Below are positions 46,958 to 59,062 of a stretch of 64,000 nt of DNA, one piece after another. A program made the translations under genes and the position numbers. The notes beneath the pieces were generated by a model. That model saw only the letters and a list, made by a program, of their open reading frames with translations. It did not search any database and was not told the DNA's origin. The DNA is from Minutocellus sp. GHC0000111 (taxonomy: Eukaryota): positions 4,030,001 to 4,094,000 of the forward strand of contig OZ361257.1 in the NCBI GenBank assembly GCA_977018835.1. The letters are read 5' to 3'. Positions within the stretch are counted from its first letter, which is position 1. Every line of letters begins with the position of its first letter.

Positions 46958-47169
46958 GGAAGGAGGGCATGCCCCAGCTGATAATTTGCTATCCCAGGTG
47001 ATAAATCGGATGACCCATCGGATGAACCAGGGATTTTTATGTGAAGTTGGCCACTCTTTAGGCCAGTCTTACCTTTTTCGCATGAAACTGGTTCATCGAT
47101 GGTTCATCCAAATTGCTAATTTTCACCTCGTCATCAGGCGAATTATCACCTGGAGAGTGCCCCCCTTCC
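46958..47169. mobile_element. Fold-back MITE (212 bp) with long imperfect TIRs and TA target-site duplication
   Basis: TA|GGAAGGAGGGCATGCCCCAGCTGATAATTTGC ... GCGAATTATCACCTGGAGAGTGCCCCCCTTCC|TA; inner inverted blocks GGATGACCCATCGGATGAACCAG / CTGGTTCATCGATGGTTCATCC. Confidence 0.85.
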
Positions 47170-47450
47170 TATTGACACACCTCAATTGCATCGTCTGCCG
47201 ACACACCTCCTTGAGTATCTACCGTATGCCTCAAGAAGAGTACATGTACATGTAGACTCCCTCTACTGCCAGCCACTCTGTTCCGAATCAAATGATCGGA
47301 TCACTACCAATTTATACAGTCTTTCCATCATCAGTCCCATCAGTCCCGGCGCAGGTTCCAGGTGGACTGACGTCTCTCTCGCTCTATGGCGCTCCGCCTT
47401 CTTGCTTGGTTGCAGCATCCACAACCATACTTCAAGCAATCGAACGCATA

Positions 47451-48366
47451 ATGGTCCGAAGATTACACACTCTCAGCGTTGTGGCGCTCCTTGCCACTGT
47501 AAGTTGATCAATGCTAAGCTGGACGAATTTGTTTTTCCACGAAAGTTTCTTCTCGTCCATACACAGCCACTTCTTTTTTACGTAGTGATGAGCGGCATCA
47601 CCGGGCGTACTCTGTATCGCAGCATTACCATCACGACCCAAACTTCCAGCGGCAGAGATCAAACGTGGCGGCACCAATGATTTCTTTCCAATTCCATTCC
47701 ACTCTCACCATAAGCCCTTTTCTCTCTCGACTTTCAACGAAATTCACTGACAGCCCGCGTCGGCACAATTTGGTGTCCCCAACCGCAAGAAGGGAGGCGG
47801 ATCGTTCGAGGAGATCAATGAGATGGCGAAGCAGCAGCAGGACGGTGCCGGTGCCGCTGGTGGCTTGGCTGGCATGCCCAATTTGGAAGGGATGGACATG
47901 GAGTCGATCCAAAAGATGATGGAGGAGGCAATGAAAGACCCATCCCTCGCCGCGATGAATGCAAATATGGCGGAGGCCATGGAGCAGCTTGGAAAGATGT
48001 CGCCCGAGGAGCTGCAAGCTCAAATGATGGAGGGCCTCCAACAGTTGACCAGTGGTGACATAATGGACAACGTCCTCGGCAAGAAGGATGAGGTTCTGGA
48101 AACTCTGGCCGCTCAGGGACTGGTAGCAGCTGACAAGATTGCCGAATACCGGGCTAACCCCGCGAAGGTGAGAGGGCAATGCGCTCAGGAATGGAGATGC
48201 ATAGTCAATAAATCCCATGCTCGCGGAGCTATTCAAGAACGAAGACATGAAGGAGATTTTGTATGACAGCGAGAAGTGGAAAGCTGCCGTCAAGGAGGGT
48301 AAGGGAATGCTACTGAATGATGGTGCCGCAGCTGCTGGTGGCGGCGCAAGAGTTGGAGAGCTGTAA
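47451..48366 (+). CDS. Secretory-pathway Met-rich helical (STI1/DP-like) protein ending GEL; second junction aberrant
   Basis: Exon 47451-47498 spliced to 47754 gives signal MVRRLHTLSVVALLATPASA-QF; last segment NPMLAELFKNEDMKEILYD..VGEL* is in another frame after the GT at 48168. Confidence 0.65.
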
Positions 48367-48408
48367 TCTATACTTTATTCTTAGAATAGTTATCTTGAGC
48401 GCTGTTCG

Positions 48409-48813
48409 TGTTGATGTCTCTTTGACGTGAGAATTACCATGTACAAATAGCAAGTGCGTATAAGCATGAGTAGATCCGAAATGTTCTTCATAGAGCAATA
48501 GGAGTCTCAATTATGTACACGGTGGCTATTAGCTCTTCTGCCGGTATATGGAGGTTGACGCTATCTACGTAGCAGCCTGACTTTGGCCTGCCCACTTGAA
48601 AAATAATTTTTTTTGTTGATGTCTCTTTGACGTGAGAATTACCATGTACAAATAGCAAGTGCGTATAAGCATGAGTAGATCCGAAATGTTCTTCATAGAG
48701 CAATAGGAGTCTCAATTATGTACACGGTGGCTATTAGCTCTTCTGCCGGTATATGGAGGTTGACGCTATCTACGTAGCAGCCTGACTTTGGCCTGCCCAC
48801 TTGAAAAATAATT
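48409..48813. repeat. Near-perfect 205-bp tandem duplication
   Basis: tgttgatgtctctttgacg...cccacttgaaaaataattt starts at 48409 and again at 48614. Confidence 0.95.
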
Positions 48814-49133
48814 TGTTTTTTTTGTCGATGTACTATTTGATTTATCCCAGCAGTTATTCGACGGTATGATCTGAAAAATATATGTAAATATTGCCGCGCA
48901 CTTATGACAACGGAGGCATACTGAGTAGTGGTATGGGTGGCGGTCTCTTTGGTATAAATATGCCTCCAAACTAAAAGTGTATCTTTTTCCAAGACATATA
49001 TATTGATAAGGCGAAGAAAATTGTTGGCATATTCTTGCCACCTTGTTTTCTGTCTTTCGATTCCTTCGCCTTTTCATCCCTCAAAAAGAATAGATTAAAC
49101 ACTGTCTCCCCTCCCCTTTCTCAAAGAGTTGCA

Positions 49134-50987
49134 TTACGACTTTGATTCGGGCTCGACATTGAGGCCCATACTGGAAGTCGCCTGGGCCAAAGCAAAGTCA
49201 ACGGGAGGAAGACTCTCCTCTCCTCCATGCGACTTGGTGAAGTCGAGGGGCTCGGCCCATGTGTCAGTAGCCGGAAGACTTCCGTTGCCAATGTTGGACA
49301 TCCACGAGGGAGTGCCGGTGTGCTGCCAGGACGCAACCTCGGTGAGGGCATAAAGATGGCCAGGACTGAGGGGTTCGGCGGTAGTACGGCTATCGGAGCC
49401 GCTGATGACACTCGGAGGAGGCTCAAATCCAGCATACTCGGGGGACGTCTTGTCGGTCTCGGTAACAATCATGGTCTGCTGATGAGGCTTGGACGTAGGT
49501 GGCGTAATGGGGACATCGCCAGATGTTTGCTGAGGAAGGGCAGAAGGAGCACCAGGAGCCGGTGGAGGAAGAGGGAGAGGAGGGCCAAAGGCATCCTCGG
49601 CGAAGCTGTGCTTTTGCTTCTGGGCCCCATCCAACTTTTCGCCGGAACTATTCACTGGAAGACAGTACTCGACCTGAGGGGCAGGAGGAAGACCTGGCAT
49701 ATCCTGCTCAGGATGCTGGTAGTAAGAGGGATGAGGAGCCTGGGAACGGTACGGAGGCAACGATGGCATGTCCTGATGCTGGCCCCACTGGGACGGCGGA
49801 GGGGGGAGTGGGGGTGGAGCAAAATGAGACGACGGGTGGCCACCGTGAGGTCCATGAGGCGCTCCATGACCATGTGGAGGTCCGAGAGGAGCATGAAGTG
49901 CACTTGGGGGCGATCCAGGGCTGAATGGACTTGCCGGGGGGTAGTGACCACGATGGCCATAGACTCCGTGAGGCGCTGGGTGGCCATGAGGAGGAAGATG
50001 ACCATATCCATGGGACGAGGGGGGTCCATATCCATTGGGAGGACAGGCGCCAGGTGCGGGAGCGGCACCCCAGGGAGCCGCTCCAGGACTCGTGATGGCA
50101 TGACAGGGGGAGAAGTGCGCGGCACGATCATCAATCTTGGCCTTGTACAGAGTGGCCTTCGGGGGCTCCTTGACGTGCTTAAGGTCAACATTCAACCAAC
50201 GCAGGATGGTCTTCTTGCCGTCAACCTCGAGGAGGAAAGTCCTGGACTGAGGGACGGGGTAGAGAGGCTCACTCTCACTCTCTCCGTTGCTGCCACCGTC
50301 GTCGCCCTTGGTCACGGACGTAGGAGAGTTGGAAACACTGCCCTCGACCGTCTTCTGCTTCTTGGGCGAGCGGGATCCAGAATCGTCCTTGTCTCCACGA
50401 TCCTCCCGCGAACGGACGGAGCCAGCACCAGGACTCTCGGGAACGGGGGTGGCAGGTGCGCCATTGGAAGCGCGGGTAAGCCTGACGTATACCGTGCTCC
50501 AAGGGAGCTGGTTGTGCAGCTGCTTCTCGCGGCAGTAGGTCCGGGTGTAGTTCTTCTCCTTGCACGAAGCGCAGATGGGAGTCGTCGAGGGGACCTTCTC
50601 CTTCTCGCAGACGGGCTGGTGGAAATCGAGGGAGATGGCATCGAAGGGACCGTCGATGATGCGACCGGTCTGGGCGTCAATACAGGACTCGTCGAGGGTG
50701 ACGCACACATAGGTTAGACTCCAGGGACGGTCGGTGTGCCCATCGCGCACACGGCACAGCTCGCGCGTCTTGTAGTTCTTCTTGCAGCGAATGCACACGG
50801 GCAGACACTTCTCGGGGAAGGGCAGCGAGACGGGGTTGGTGAAGCCGGGGAGGGTCGTGGTGAGAGTGTTGATGGGACGGTTGTGCTTGTTGGTGTTTGG
50901 GGACCTCATATGAGGGCTAACTGGTGCACCTGGCAAATGAACGCCGTGAGCATGAGCTGCGCGAGGAGGGACGGGCGTGAGGACCAT
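49134..50987 (-). CDS. Putative nuclear regulator with two CxxC-x9-C-x5-H-x3-PW modules and a Pro/His-rich tail
   Basis: CIRCKKNYKTRELCRVRDGHTDRPW and CASCKEKNYTRTYCREKQLHNQLPW; NLS-like SPKKQK; strong codon bias. Confidence 0.75.
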   Translation of the reverse strand: MVLTPVPPRAAHAHGVHLPGAPVSPHMRSPNTNKHNRPINTLTTTLPGFTNPVSLPFPEKCLPVCIRCKKNYKTRELCRVRDGHTDRPWSLTYVCVTLDESCIDAQTGRIIDGPFDAISLDFHQPVCEKEKVPSTTPICASCKEKNYTRTYCREKQLHNQLPWSTVYVRLTRASNGAPATPVPESPGAGSVRSREDRGDKDDSGSRSPKKQKTVEGSVSNSPTSVTKGDDGGSNGESESEPLYPVPQSRTFLLEVDGKKTILRWLNVDLKHVKEPPKATLYKAKIDDRAAHFSPCHAITSPGAAPWGAAPAPGACPPNGYGPPSSHGYGHLPPHGHPAPHGVYGHRGHYPPASPFSPGSPPSALHAPLGPPHGHGAPHGPHGGHPSSHFAPPPLPPPPSQWGQHQDMPSLPPYRSQAPHPSYYQHPEQDMPGLPPAPQVEYCLPVNSSGEKLDGAQKQKHSFAEDAFGPPLPLPPPAPGAPSALPQQTSGDVPITPPTSKPHQQTMIVTETDKTSPEYAGFEPPPSVISGSDSRTTAEPLSPGHLYALTEVASWQHTGTPSWMSNIGNGSLPATDTWAEPLDFTKSHGGEESLPPVDFALAQATSSMGLNVEPESKS

Positions 50988-51621
50988 GATGATAATATGA
51001 ATCTGCGTGTGAAAGTAGAAGTAGCGAATGAGAAAGCAGGACCGTGAGTATGCGAAGGATAATACCCGTACCCTCATCAAAGATTGATGAGAGTAAAAGT
51101 AGATCTCCAATCAAAGAAGACCTGCCGGCACAAAAGAAGTGTTGCCTCACCTCTTGGAACGACTGGCGGTGTGCAATTGATTGAAGACCGAGGCTAACTT
51201 TGCTTCAGCACGACGAATTATTATCAGGCACAATATAAAGGACTGCAAGAACTCGACAGCTGGGGCGAGTGGTGGGGTATGCCTTTTCGCTCCTCCACAG
51301 AGATCCAACAATGAGAGGCACGTCCGTAGGTAATCCACGCTGGAGGACTTCGATTTGTACTCGGAAGGAGGAAGACGGTGCACCTTCCGCGGTGCGCGTT
51401 GGGTCGGAGGCAAGGATGAAATTTGGTGCTGGTCGGGACCCGTTCGAACTGCCCTCGTAAAAATGTACCCAAAAAGGGGGGTGAATAAGCTTCTTGCTCC
51501 GCGCACCGAGAGGAAAGGAAAGGAAAGAAGTGAGTAAAAATTCTAAGAAGAGAAGAAGACAGAGAAAAGTCTTTATACTATGCACAGAGGGGCGATTCCG
51601 CCCATCAGCACCAAACATGCT

Positions 51622-52755
51622 ATGACACTCTACCGCTGGCTGGGGATCGCACTTGGCATCATCGCTTCTACCACGAATCTATGCCTTGCCTTTCGTTCTT
51701 TAGGCAGTGCTGATCGCGCCCGACATTTTGTTGCCAACAATGCCAAGATTGCGCGATGTGGTCGTGCCCACGGCCTTGGCAATCGGCATCATGTTTGGCA
51801 ACCCGATTCATACCATGAGTGCGCCCATAGACATGGCCTTTGCGAATGGATCGGTTAGACTGGATGATCCCCTGCGGAGTTTTCCTGGACTTGAACTTGG
51901 CCATCCTCGATACCTCGGCAGTGGTGGTGGTGGAGCCGTTTTTGCATGCGATCGAATTGACCCGAAAAGACCTACTTCGGCCCGTACACGTGCCAGCACC
52001 GATACCGATACCGGTGCCGATACCGACGCCCAAAGGAGAAAAGCTGCTGACGTCGAGCTCGTGGACAAAGATGCCGTCGTTGTAAAAGTTAGTTGGTCCC
52101 GAAGCGCGGTATCAGTGGAGAAAGCATGTGCGGTGCTCAAGTACATGGAAACAAATCATGTTCCAGGGGTGGAAAGGTGCAGGAGCCAGGTTCCCTATCC
52201 ACTTGATAATCGAAGGTTAATGATTGCAATGGAACCGGTCATGGATGATTCTGTTGCGAGCATCTTGGAGATCGACGAAAGATTGCGTCCACTGCAGTTC
52301 GATGCATAATACGGACTCTAGTGCACATGCTGAGCGAAGGTGTCGTCACCACTGATGTGCAACCATTGATATCAAAGGCTACGGGAGAGGTTCTGTTCAT
52401 CGATATGACAGAGGCAAAGATTGTTTTCGCTGACAACAATGACGGCGGCAAAATTTCATTTGTAGATCAAGCTCTCGCCTCCTCGTTCGTCTCCGAGATG
52501 CTGGGCCTAATACTGGCAGATTCGTCCGATGAGCTCATTGGTGTTGCGAACAAAGAATTAATCCATGAGCTTCAAATAATTCGCGAGCAGATGATGAGTG
52601 GAAGAAGATCCGAAGACAACAGTAAGGGGTTGATAAGACGACAGCAACAGCAACTGCTGCTGCAACTTCTACGAGATCAGGCTACTTTCATGTCTCAAGA
52701 TGGTATTGACTGCATCGATAGCTTGTCACATGAATTAGATCTATCATTAAAATGA
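51622..52755 (+). CDS. Protein-kinase-like fold protein, probably plastid-targeted; two frameshifts
   Basis: YLGSGGGGAVF (Gly loop), VVVKVS, VVTTDVQPLI, VLFIDMTEA; leader ending CLA-F; frame breaks at 51704-51760 and ~52289. Confidence 0.65.
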
Positions 52756-53232
52756 ATTACTATCGTTCTTTGTCTATCGACTTCTCCGAAAATGAGAATA
52801 TTTGATATCAGCTTCGCAGATAGGAATTCCTACTAGAGAGAGAGAGAGAGATGAACACAGAACGACAGACTCTTTGACATGAAGGCTGCTATCGCAAGAC
52901 GACCCGCTCGACTGACTCGTGTAGACGTCGAAGGGATGTCTAAAATCTAAAATATTTTCCGCCGATTGGTTGAATTTCAGGTAATTCAGGGTAAATATTT
53001 CATGGACAATAATAATATTTTAAAATGCCTAAAGTAAATTGCTTCGCTTTCGATCGGAGCCGCCGTCAAACTTTTTTTGAAGTTTAGCCGATCAACCGGT
53101 TCTCTTTTGGTCACTTTGCGTGGTGGCGGAGAATTCATTGAATCGGAGGGTCTATCGCAAAAGAGATGCACCCAAGGCTAGCGGATCTTGGCAATTCTGA
53201 ATGCTTCACTAAATTGGTGTAGGAAATTTCCG

Positions 53233-55038
53233 ATGACCACTTCTCTGAAAAAGAAGGCCGTGACATGGCCGCCACAGCAAAAAGGAGCAGAAGGTGGTGG
53301 TGGTGGTGGTGGCGATGGAACTCGAACCAATTGGGCTCAGTTCAGTATCATCATAACCGGGCTCATATGTATGGGATCCCAACTCGGTTTCGAAAGAAGC
53401 CTTCTTCCGAGAATGGCTTCAACTGTATTTCATCATCAATCGATCGCCACTGTTCTCCATTTCGTCGCTAGTTTCGGCTTTGCAAAGGCGATTGCGAATA
53501 TTATTGCTGGGAAGATTGCGGATCGATTTGGAAGGAAAATGACGCTCGTATTGGGTTTTCTGATCGGATTGCCAGTAATGCCTTCAATCATTGTATCAAA
53601 AAGTTGGGAGGGCATAGTCCTAATCAATATATGTTTCGGTCTCGCCCAAGGTTTGATCGGCAGTGCCCTCTTCTTCCTCTTGATTGATGTCCTTGGGCCT
53701 AGCCGCCGTGGAATCGCCGTTGGAATTGGAGAATGCACCATTTACGTTTCCACTGCCGTTTTCAATGTGATTGCAGGGGATCTTGCGTCTAGATTCGGTT
53801 ATCGTCCAATACCTTTTTACTTCGCCACGGTTCTCTCGCTTCTAGGCCTCCTCAGTACGATACCCCTACGAGACACACTGGATATTGTCAAGCAAGAACA
53901 GAGCGAGCACGAAAGTGCGAGAAGTCGCACCAGCGTTCAGTCGAGCTTCAGATCAGAGGGGGCTGAGCTCGTAGGTCGCCCTGATTTGAATCCAACGATA
54001 TCTGAGAATTTTTCCTCTCGAGAATCAGAAATTTCAATAGATATGGATAACATCGCATCGCGGCCGAACCTTGGATATGGGCCACAAGCTTCTAATCCGA
54101 GCTCTGAGGAGCCCAGGTGGAATGTCAGTGCTAGAGACTCCAACGACGAACAACTTCATTCTTCAGACGAAAACTCACCTGATCATGGTAAGAAGGAATA
54201 TGTGTCATCATTGCAATCGAATAGCGAGACGCAGATACTTCTGCTGGCGAACGAAATGAAAACAAATATAGATGAGTCCTCACTCAACTCGTCAGACGAC
54301 GAAGAGGGGCAAATTATGTATGGAACATTTAAAGACAAGGAAATGAAATCTGAAGCAGAGATGGAAGGGCCAGATCCACCACTAATTGCGTTGAGAAAAC
54401 TACTGTTTGGCAACAAAAACTTTGCAGTGATTTGCTTCTCTGGTATGGTGATGAACTTCAAAGATGGATTTGCCTGGGGAAGTTTTCCGGTCTTCTTCAG
54501 TCAGTTTCATCATCTCTCGGACGATCATGTCGACATCTTGATCGCTCTATATCCTCTCTGTTGGGGGTTTGCACAGGCCTTTACAGGAGCCTTATCTGAT
54601 ATCTACGGTAGGAAACGTTTTCTCGTCATTGGCATTGGATCCTGTACAGTCGCCGTCGCACTCTTTGTTATTCCTGGTTTGGTTTGGGGTCGTCCTGCAA
54701 ATGATAATCCTCAGCATGTAATTATATGGGCATTGGCATCAATTCTGCTCGGGCTTGGGACCGCATTCGCTTACCCAGCCCTACAGGCAGGAGCAGCGGA
54801 CGAGATCGAACCCATGTATCGTGGCGTTGGTCTTGGGTTTTATCGTTTCATAAGAGATTTTGGCTATGTTCTCGGTGCCTTATTTTGTGGAAACATAGCG
54901 GATGCTGTTGGCGGCGAGGTTGGCTACATGGTCACTTTCATCATCGTATCTCTTGTCATGTTAGTTTCTCTCATGCTGGTGATATTCGTCTACAAGCCGA
55001 GCCACTGGTCAATTAATAGGTGGGTCGTTGCGAAGTAG
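53233..55038 (+). CDS. Major facilitator superfamily transporter
   Basis: Motif A twice (GKIADRFGRK, GALSDIYGRKR); 6+6 TM layout with a long central loop; GFYRFIRDFGY. Confidence 0.92.
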   Translation: MTTSLKKKAVTWPPQQKGAEGGGGGGGDGTRTNWAQFSIIITGLICMGSQLGFERSLLPRMASTVFHHQSIATVLHFVASFGFAKAIANIIAGKIADRFGRKMTLVLGFLIGLPVMPSIIVSKSWEGIVLINICFGLAQGLIGSALFFLLIDVLGPSRRGIAVGIGECTIYVSTAVFNVIAGDLASRFGYRPIPFYFATVLSLLGLLSTIPLRDTLDIVKQEQSEHESARSRTSVQSSFRSEGAELVGRPDLNPTISENFSSRESEISIDMDNIASRPNLGYGPQASNPSSEEPRWNVSARDSNDEQLHSSDENSPDHGKKEYVSSLQSNSETQILLLANEMKTNIDESSLNSSDDEEGQIMYGTFKDKEMKSEAEMEGPDPPLIALRKLLFGNKNFAVICFSGMVMNFKDGFAWGSFPVFFSQFHHLSDDHVDILIALYPLCWGFAQAFTGALSDIYGRKRFLVIGIGSCTVAVALFVIPGLVWGRPANDNPQHVIIWALASILLGLGTAFAYPALQAGAADEIEPMYRGVGLGFYRFIRDFGYVLGALFCGNIADAVGGEVGYMVTFIIVSLVMLVSLMLVIFVYKPSHWSINRWVVAK

Positions 55039-55902
55039 TCAGTCGACTCTCTAGCTACGGAGCAAAGTACATCTATATACCGGTATACAGCGTAAACGTA
55101 CATTCTATTCTATTAGACTACCAAAGTTTATACGGGCATGAGAAGAAGGCGAGTCTCTGGCTTATCTTCGTGTGGTATGCTGGGCAGTGATGCCGGTACC
55201 GTGCCCCCAGGCGACCCACTAGAGAGATTAAAACGCTCAAGATCTACATTGACCCCGATAGGACCTCCTGTGAGCCAGGACAGTGAAACGCCATTTCGTC
55301 CAGATTCCAGGCACCTGCCCTTAGACCGTGCTACAGTGTAAAAACAAACGTGTAAGTGCAGCACCAGATGCTCCGTATAGACAGCCAGCCCACGCCTGCC
55401 GGTACATGTACGCCTGTGTTGATGGCTCTCATAACGTTTCGCTTACATGTGTAATAGAATCTACCGGTACGTAAACGTTTATCAAATTGTCATCTTGAAG
55501 GCAGGATCAATATATAGAGAGTCAGTCAAGGCAATTCACCACCGCAGAAGCTTCGTCTTTCTTATTCGTAATGATACTGTATGACAACTTTCTACATCGA
55601 AGTTTATCAAATCGACATGGCGCGTTATGTATTCTTGACGAACGGACTTTTATTGTTATTGTTGTTGTTGTTTTTCATTTCGTCCTCCGGCAAGTTCGAA
55701 GGAGGAGGAGCGGAATGCCGCCCTACGTTTCGGTGATGTCACTATGTGTCCGCGCAGAGCTGAGGGCGCTCGCTCGCCATCTCTCGCTCGCTCCGCCCGC
55801 ACAGTCATTGTCATTTCGCTTGCTGCTTGCTGGAGCGGATGGTTCGAACCCTTGAGTTGAGTTAGTTGGTGCTGTAGTCCCATCACTAACTAATACCCGA
55901 CC

Positions 55903-57773
55903 ATGACGCTGTCCTGTCTTTTCATCACCGATCTGCAGGGCAAGTCCATCATCAGCCGCAATTACCGCGGAGATGTCGGAGTGACGCAGTCCATCGACAC
56001 ATTCCAGCGGTATCTCAGCGAAGTCGATGACGAGGCAAAAACGCCCGTCTTTCACGTCGACGTCCACGGCGATGTTGCGCCCGATCCGGAGAGCGTTGGC
56101 TCCGCAGGTGAGATGCTATTTTTGGATGAGGAGTGGCTGATGGGTTGGATCGGTGGCGAGCAAAGGATCCGCGGTCATGGTTCGTGTTCCCCATCGCATC
56201 CGATGCATTGGATAATCCGTCAGTAGTGTCCGTTGAAATTAGTACGATTTCTACTGCGGAGGTGGGTCAAATCAGGGAGCGCCGCGAGAATTGACTGCAA
56301 GGTAGTAAGGGTAGATGCAGAGCAACGTTGAATACGGGAGACCATGTAATAATGAGATACATCTTCATAATGTCTTATCGAGCTCTGGGTTCGACAAGTC
56401 ACTTTTCGCACAAGATTTGTGCAACTTCTTGCTGGCTTGCCTTTCCCATTGCTGCCGATGTTTATGCCCCTGACGGAGGATCCACCCTTCGTCCCGATGC
56501 GACCTAAACTCTGTTTTCCTTCTCGTTTCCTCTCTCACCAAATCCTTCCATATTCATTCTCCTTTTGCAATACATGTTATGCGTATCATTAGGGAGGGGT
56601 GGGGAATCGTATGTGTACATCAAACACAACAACTTGTATCTGTGCGCGGTAACATGCAAGAATTCCAATGCCGCTCTCATCGTTTCCTTCCTCTACAAGC
56701 TTGCGTCGGTGTTCAAGGATTACTTTGGCGTCCTCGAGGAGGAGTCCATACGGGATAATTTCGTCATTATTTATGAGCTACTCGATGAGACCATGGACCA
56801 TGGCCTCCCGCAGAGCTTGGATTCAACCATCCTCCGATCCTTCATTACCCAGGAGGGCAACCGCATGGCTGATGACTCCAAGTCGAAGCCCCCCGTCGCC
56901 CTTACCAATGCCGTGTCGTGGCGTGCCGAGGGTATCAAACATAAGAAGAACGAAATCTTCCTCGACGTCGTGGAAAAACTGAACCTTTTGGTTGCGGCCA
57001 ACGGTACCGTCCTGCACTCCGAAATCTTGGGCGCCGTCAAGATGAAGTCGTACCTTTCGGGTATGCCGGAGCTCAAGCTCGGTCTGAACGATAAGGTAAT
57101 GTTTGAAGCCACCGGTCGACAGAATCAGGCCCGATCGGGAAAGGCCGTCGAGTTGGAAGATATCAAATTTCACCAGTGCGTCCGTTTGGCCCGTTTTGAG
57201 AACGATCGGACCATCAGCTTCATCCCCCCGGATGGAGAGTTCGATCTCATGACGTATCGTCTCAACACTCATGTCAAGCCTTTGATCTGGGTCGAAGCTG
57301 TTGTGGAGCCTCACCGAGGATCGAGAATAGAGTATATGATCAAGACCCGGTCGCAGTTCAAGTCACGAAGCGTCGCCAACAACGTTGAGATCATGATTCC
57401 CGTGCCTCCCGACGTTGACAGTCCCTCGTTCAAGTCAAGCGTTGGCAATGTAACATACCTTCCCGACCGTGACTGTGTGGTCTGGAATATTAAACAATTT
57501 CACGGTGGTAGAGAATATTTGATGAGGGCTCACTTTGGTCTGCCCTCTATTAGTGCGTCGGATACCGCTGCTGCTGGAGACAAGAAGGGGGGCAAGGGCA
57601 GCTGGGAAAATTCGTGGAAGTCCCCAATCGCCGTCAAGTTCGAGATCCCCTACTTCACCGTCAGTGGCATTCAAGTACGATATCTGAAAATCATCGAAAG
57701 GAGCGGATACCAGGCCTTACCATGGGTGCGATACATCACCGCTAATGGAGACTATCAGTTGCGAATGGCATAA
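55903..57773 (+). CDS. AP1M1: AP-1 adaptor complex subunit mu
   Basis: MTLSCLFITDLQGKSIISRNYRGD; EESIRDNFVIIYELLDE; VSWRAEGIKHKKNEIFLDV; YQALPWVRYIT; intron 56108-56592. Confidence 0.96.
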
Positions 57774-57963
57774 TGACTTAGGTGCTCTTTTACTCTTGTA
57801 AGATCTTCAATTTGTAGACTTTATCGAGACATGTGAGTCTATTCTTCCTCGTCACCAACCCAGCATACTGTTCGGTTGCCACATAGAAATTTTCTAGATC
57901 TAATTCATTTCTTTACTGTGCACGTCATCAGATATAGCTCATCTCATCTCGTTGCTTGATTCC

Positions 57964-59038
57964 TCAGACAACTACTAGTCTCTGAGAATTCTTGAAGTCC
58001 ACATTCTTCAGCCGAACGCTACCGATGATGCGCTCTGGGAGGACATCGTTATCCTTTCCCTCAAGCAAGAAGGCCATATCTACCACCAGTGTCTTGGCGT
58101 AGCTCAAGCTGAGCTTGACAATTTTCGTGGCCACCGAGCTGGATGCAACATCAATAATGACCTCCGTGAATCGCTCTCTACGAACATATGTCTGTTTCAA
58201 TTTTCTCCCCATAATAGCTGGCTTCGACCCAACGGCCTTGCGAACAACGACGTTACCCTCGGCAATTCGTGGGAGCAGCTTGAACGCCGAGTGTCTAAAC
58301 TGATCGTCCTCTCCATAGATAAATTTGTTTTAGCAGTATCGACTCGGGAGCATTGCTACTTCCATCAATGACGGACAAATCATCAACGGCATAATATGCT
58401 ACGAGGTGCGGATATCCGCCTTCAGCGTTGGGCTCTGAAGAGGCACTGTTGGCCGAGTCAATGCTGGCACTTCGACTGAGATTGTCGCTACTAGATCGGC
58501 CGCTAATGCTGTTGCCGCTGCTGGTACTGTTGCCGGACGGCATGCATAAGTTGACACAAAATACAAATGGTACTTTCTCACCCTCTCCGCTGGCCTCCCT
58601 TTCCAGAGCTCTTTGGACTCGCTCCTCGGGGTGGAGGCAAACGGAATTATGAGGCAACTGAGAAGTCGCACGTACAATATCCACCGCCAACAAACGGAAG
58701 AGAGACGAGCTCGATGCTTGCTTTACATTGTCGGTCATGTAAGTGCCACCTCGAACGGCAAAGGTCGAGCCCGGCATTGAGCTCCACCCCTTCGGATCGA
58801 TCGGTGCCGGGGTGTTGCATATCGATGGCGCACCATCTAACGCCGGGGGTGGTATTTCTGGCACATTCAAGTCGAGCGTCGGTTGCTGTGCCTCCCGCGC
58901 CTCTCTGGCTTCACGTCGCTTGTTCGCCAGGTTTGCCCCGAGATTGGAGCCAAGACGAAGCATTGAGGACATGGTCACCCGCGTCGTCGTGCTCTTCTTA
59001 TGTGCTTCGTACACCACGTTGTTGCTTGGAGTCGTCAT
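57964..59038 (-). CDS. EDR2 C-terminal (DUF1336) domain protein; frameshift at ~58328-58331
   Basis: WS...FAVRGGTYMTDNVKQAS, FVFCVNL, FKLLPRIAEGNVVVRKAVGSKPAIMG, EVIIDVASS, LVVDMAFLLEG..LPERIIG. Confidence 0.88.
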
Positions 59039-59062
59039 TGTTGTTCGGTATTTGACTTGGCC

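Noticed and set aside
48409..48813. Tandem repeats (also 59063-59152) as a CRISPR-like array
   Set aside because: Only two contiguous copies, no spacers, eukaryotic context and no cas genes.
49227..50717. 496-aa plus-strand ORF, and many similar antisense ORFs across the window
   Set aside because: Shadow frames of GC3-rich genes on the opposite strand; no motifs of their own.
52931..53175. AT-rich block with weak inverted similarity at its ends (possible old MITE)
   Set aside because: Terminal matches are too short and degenerate, and there is no clear TSD.
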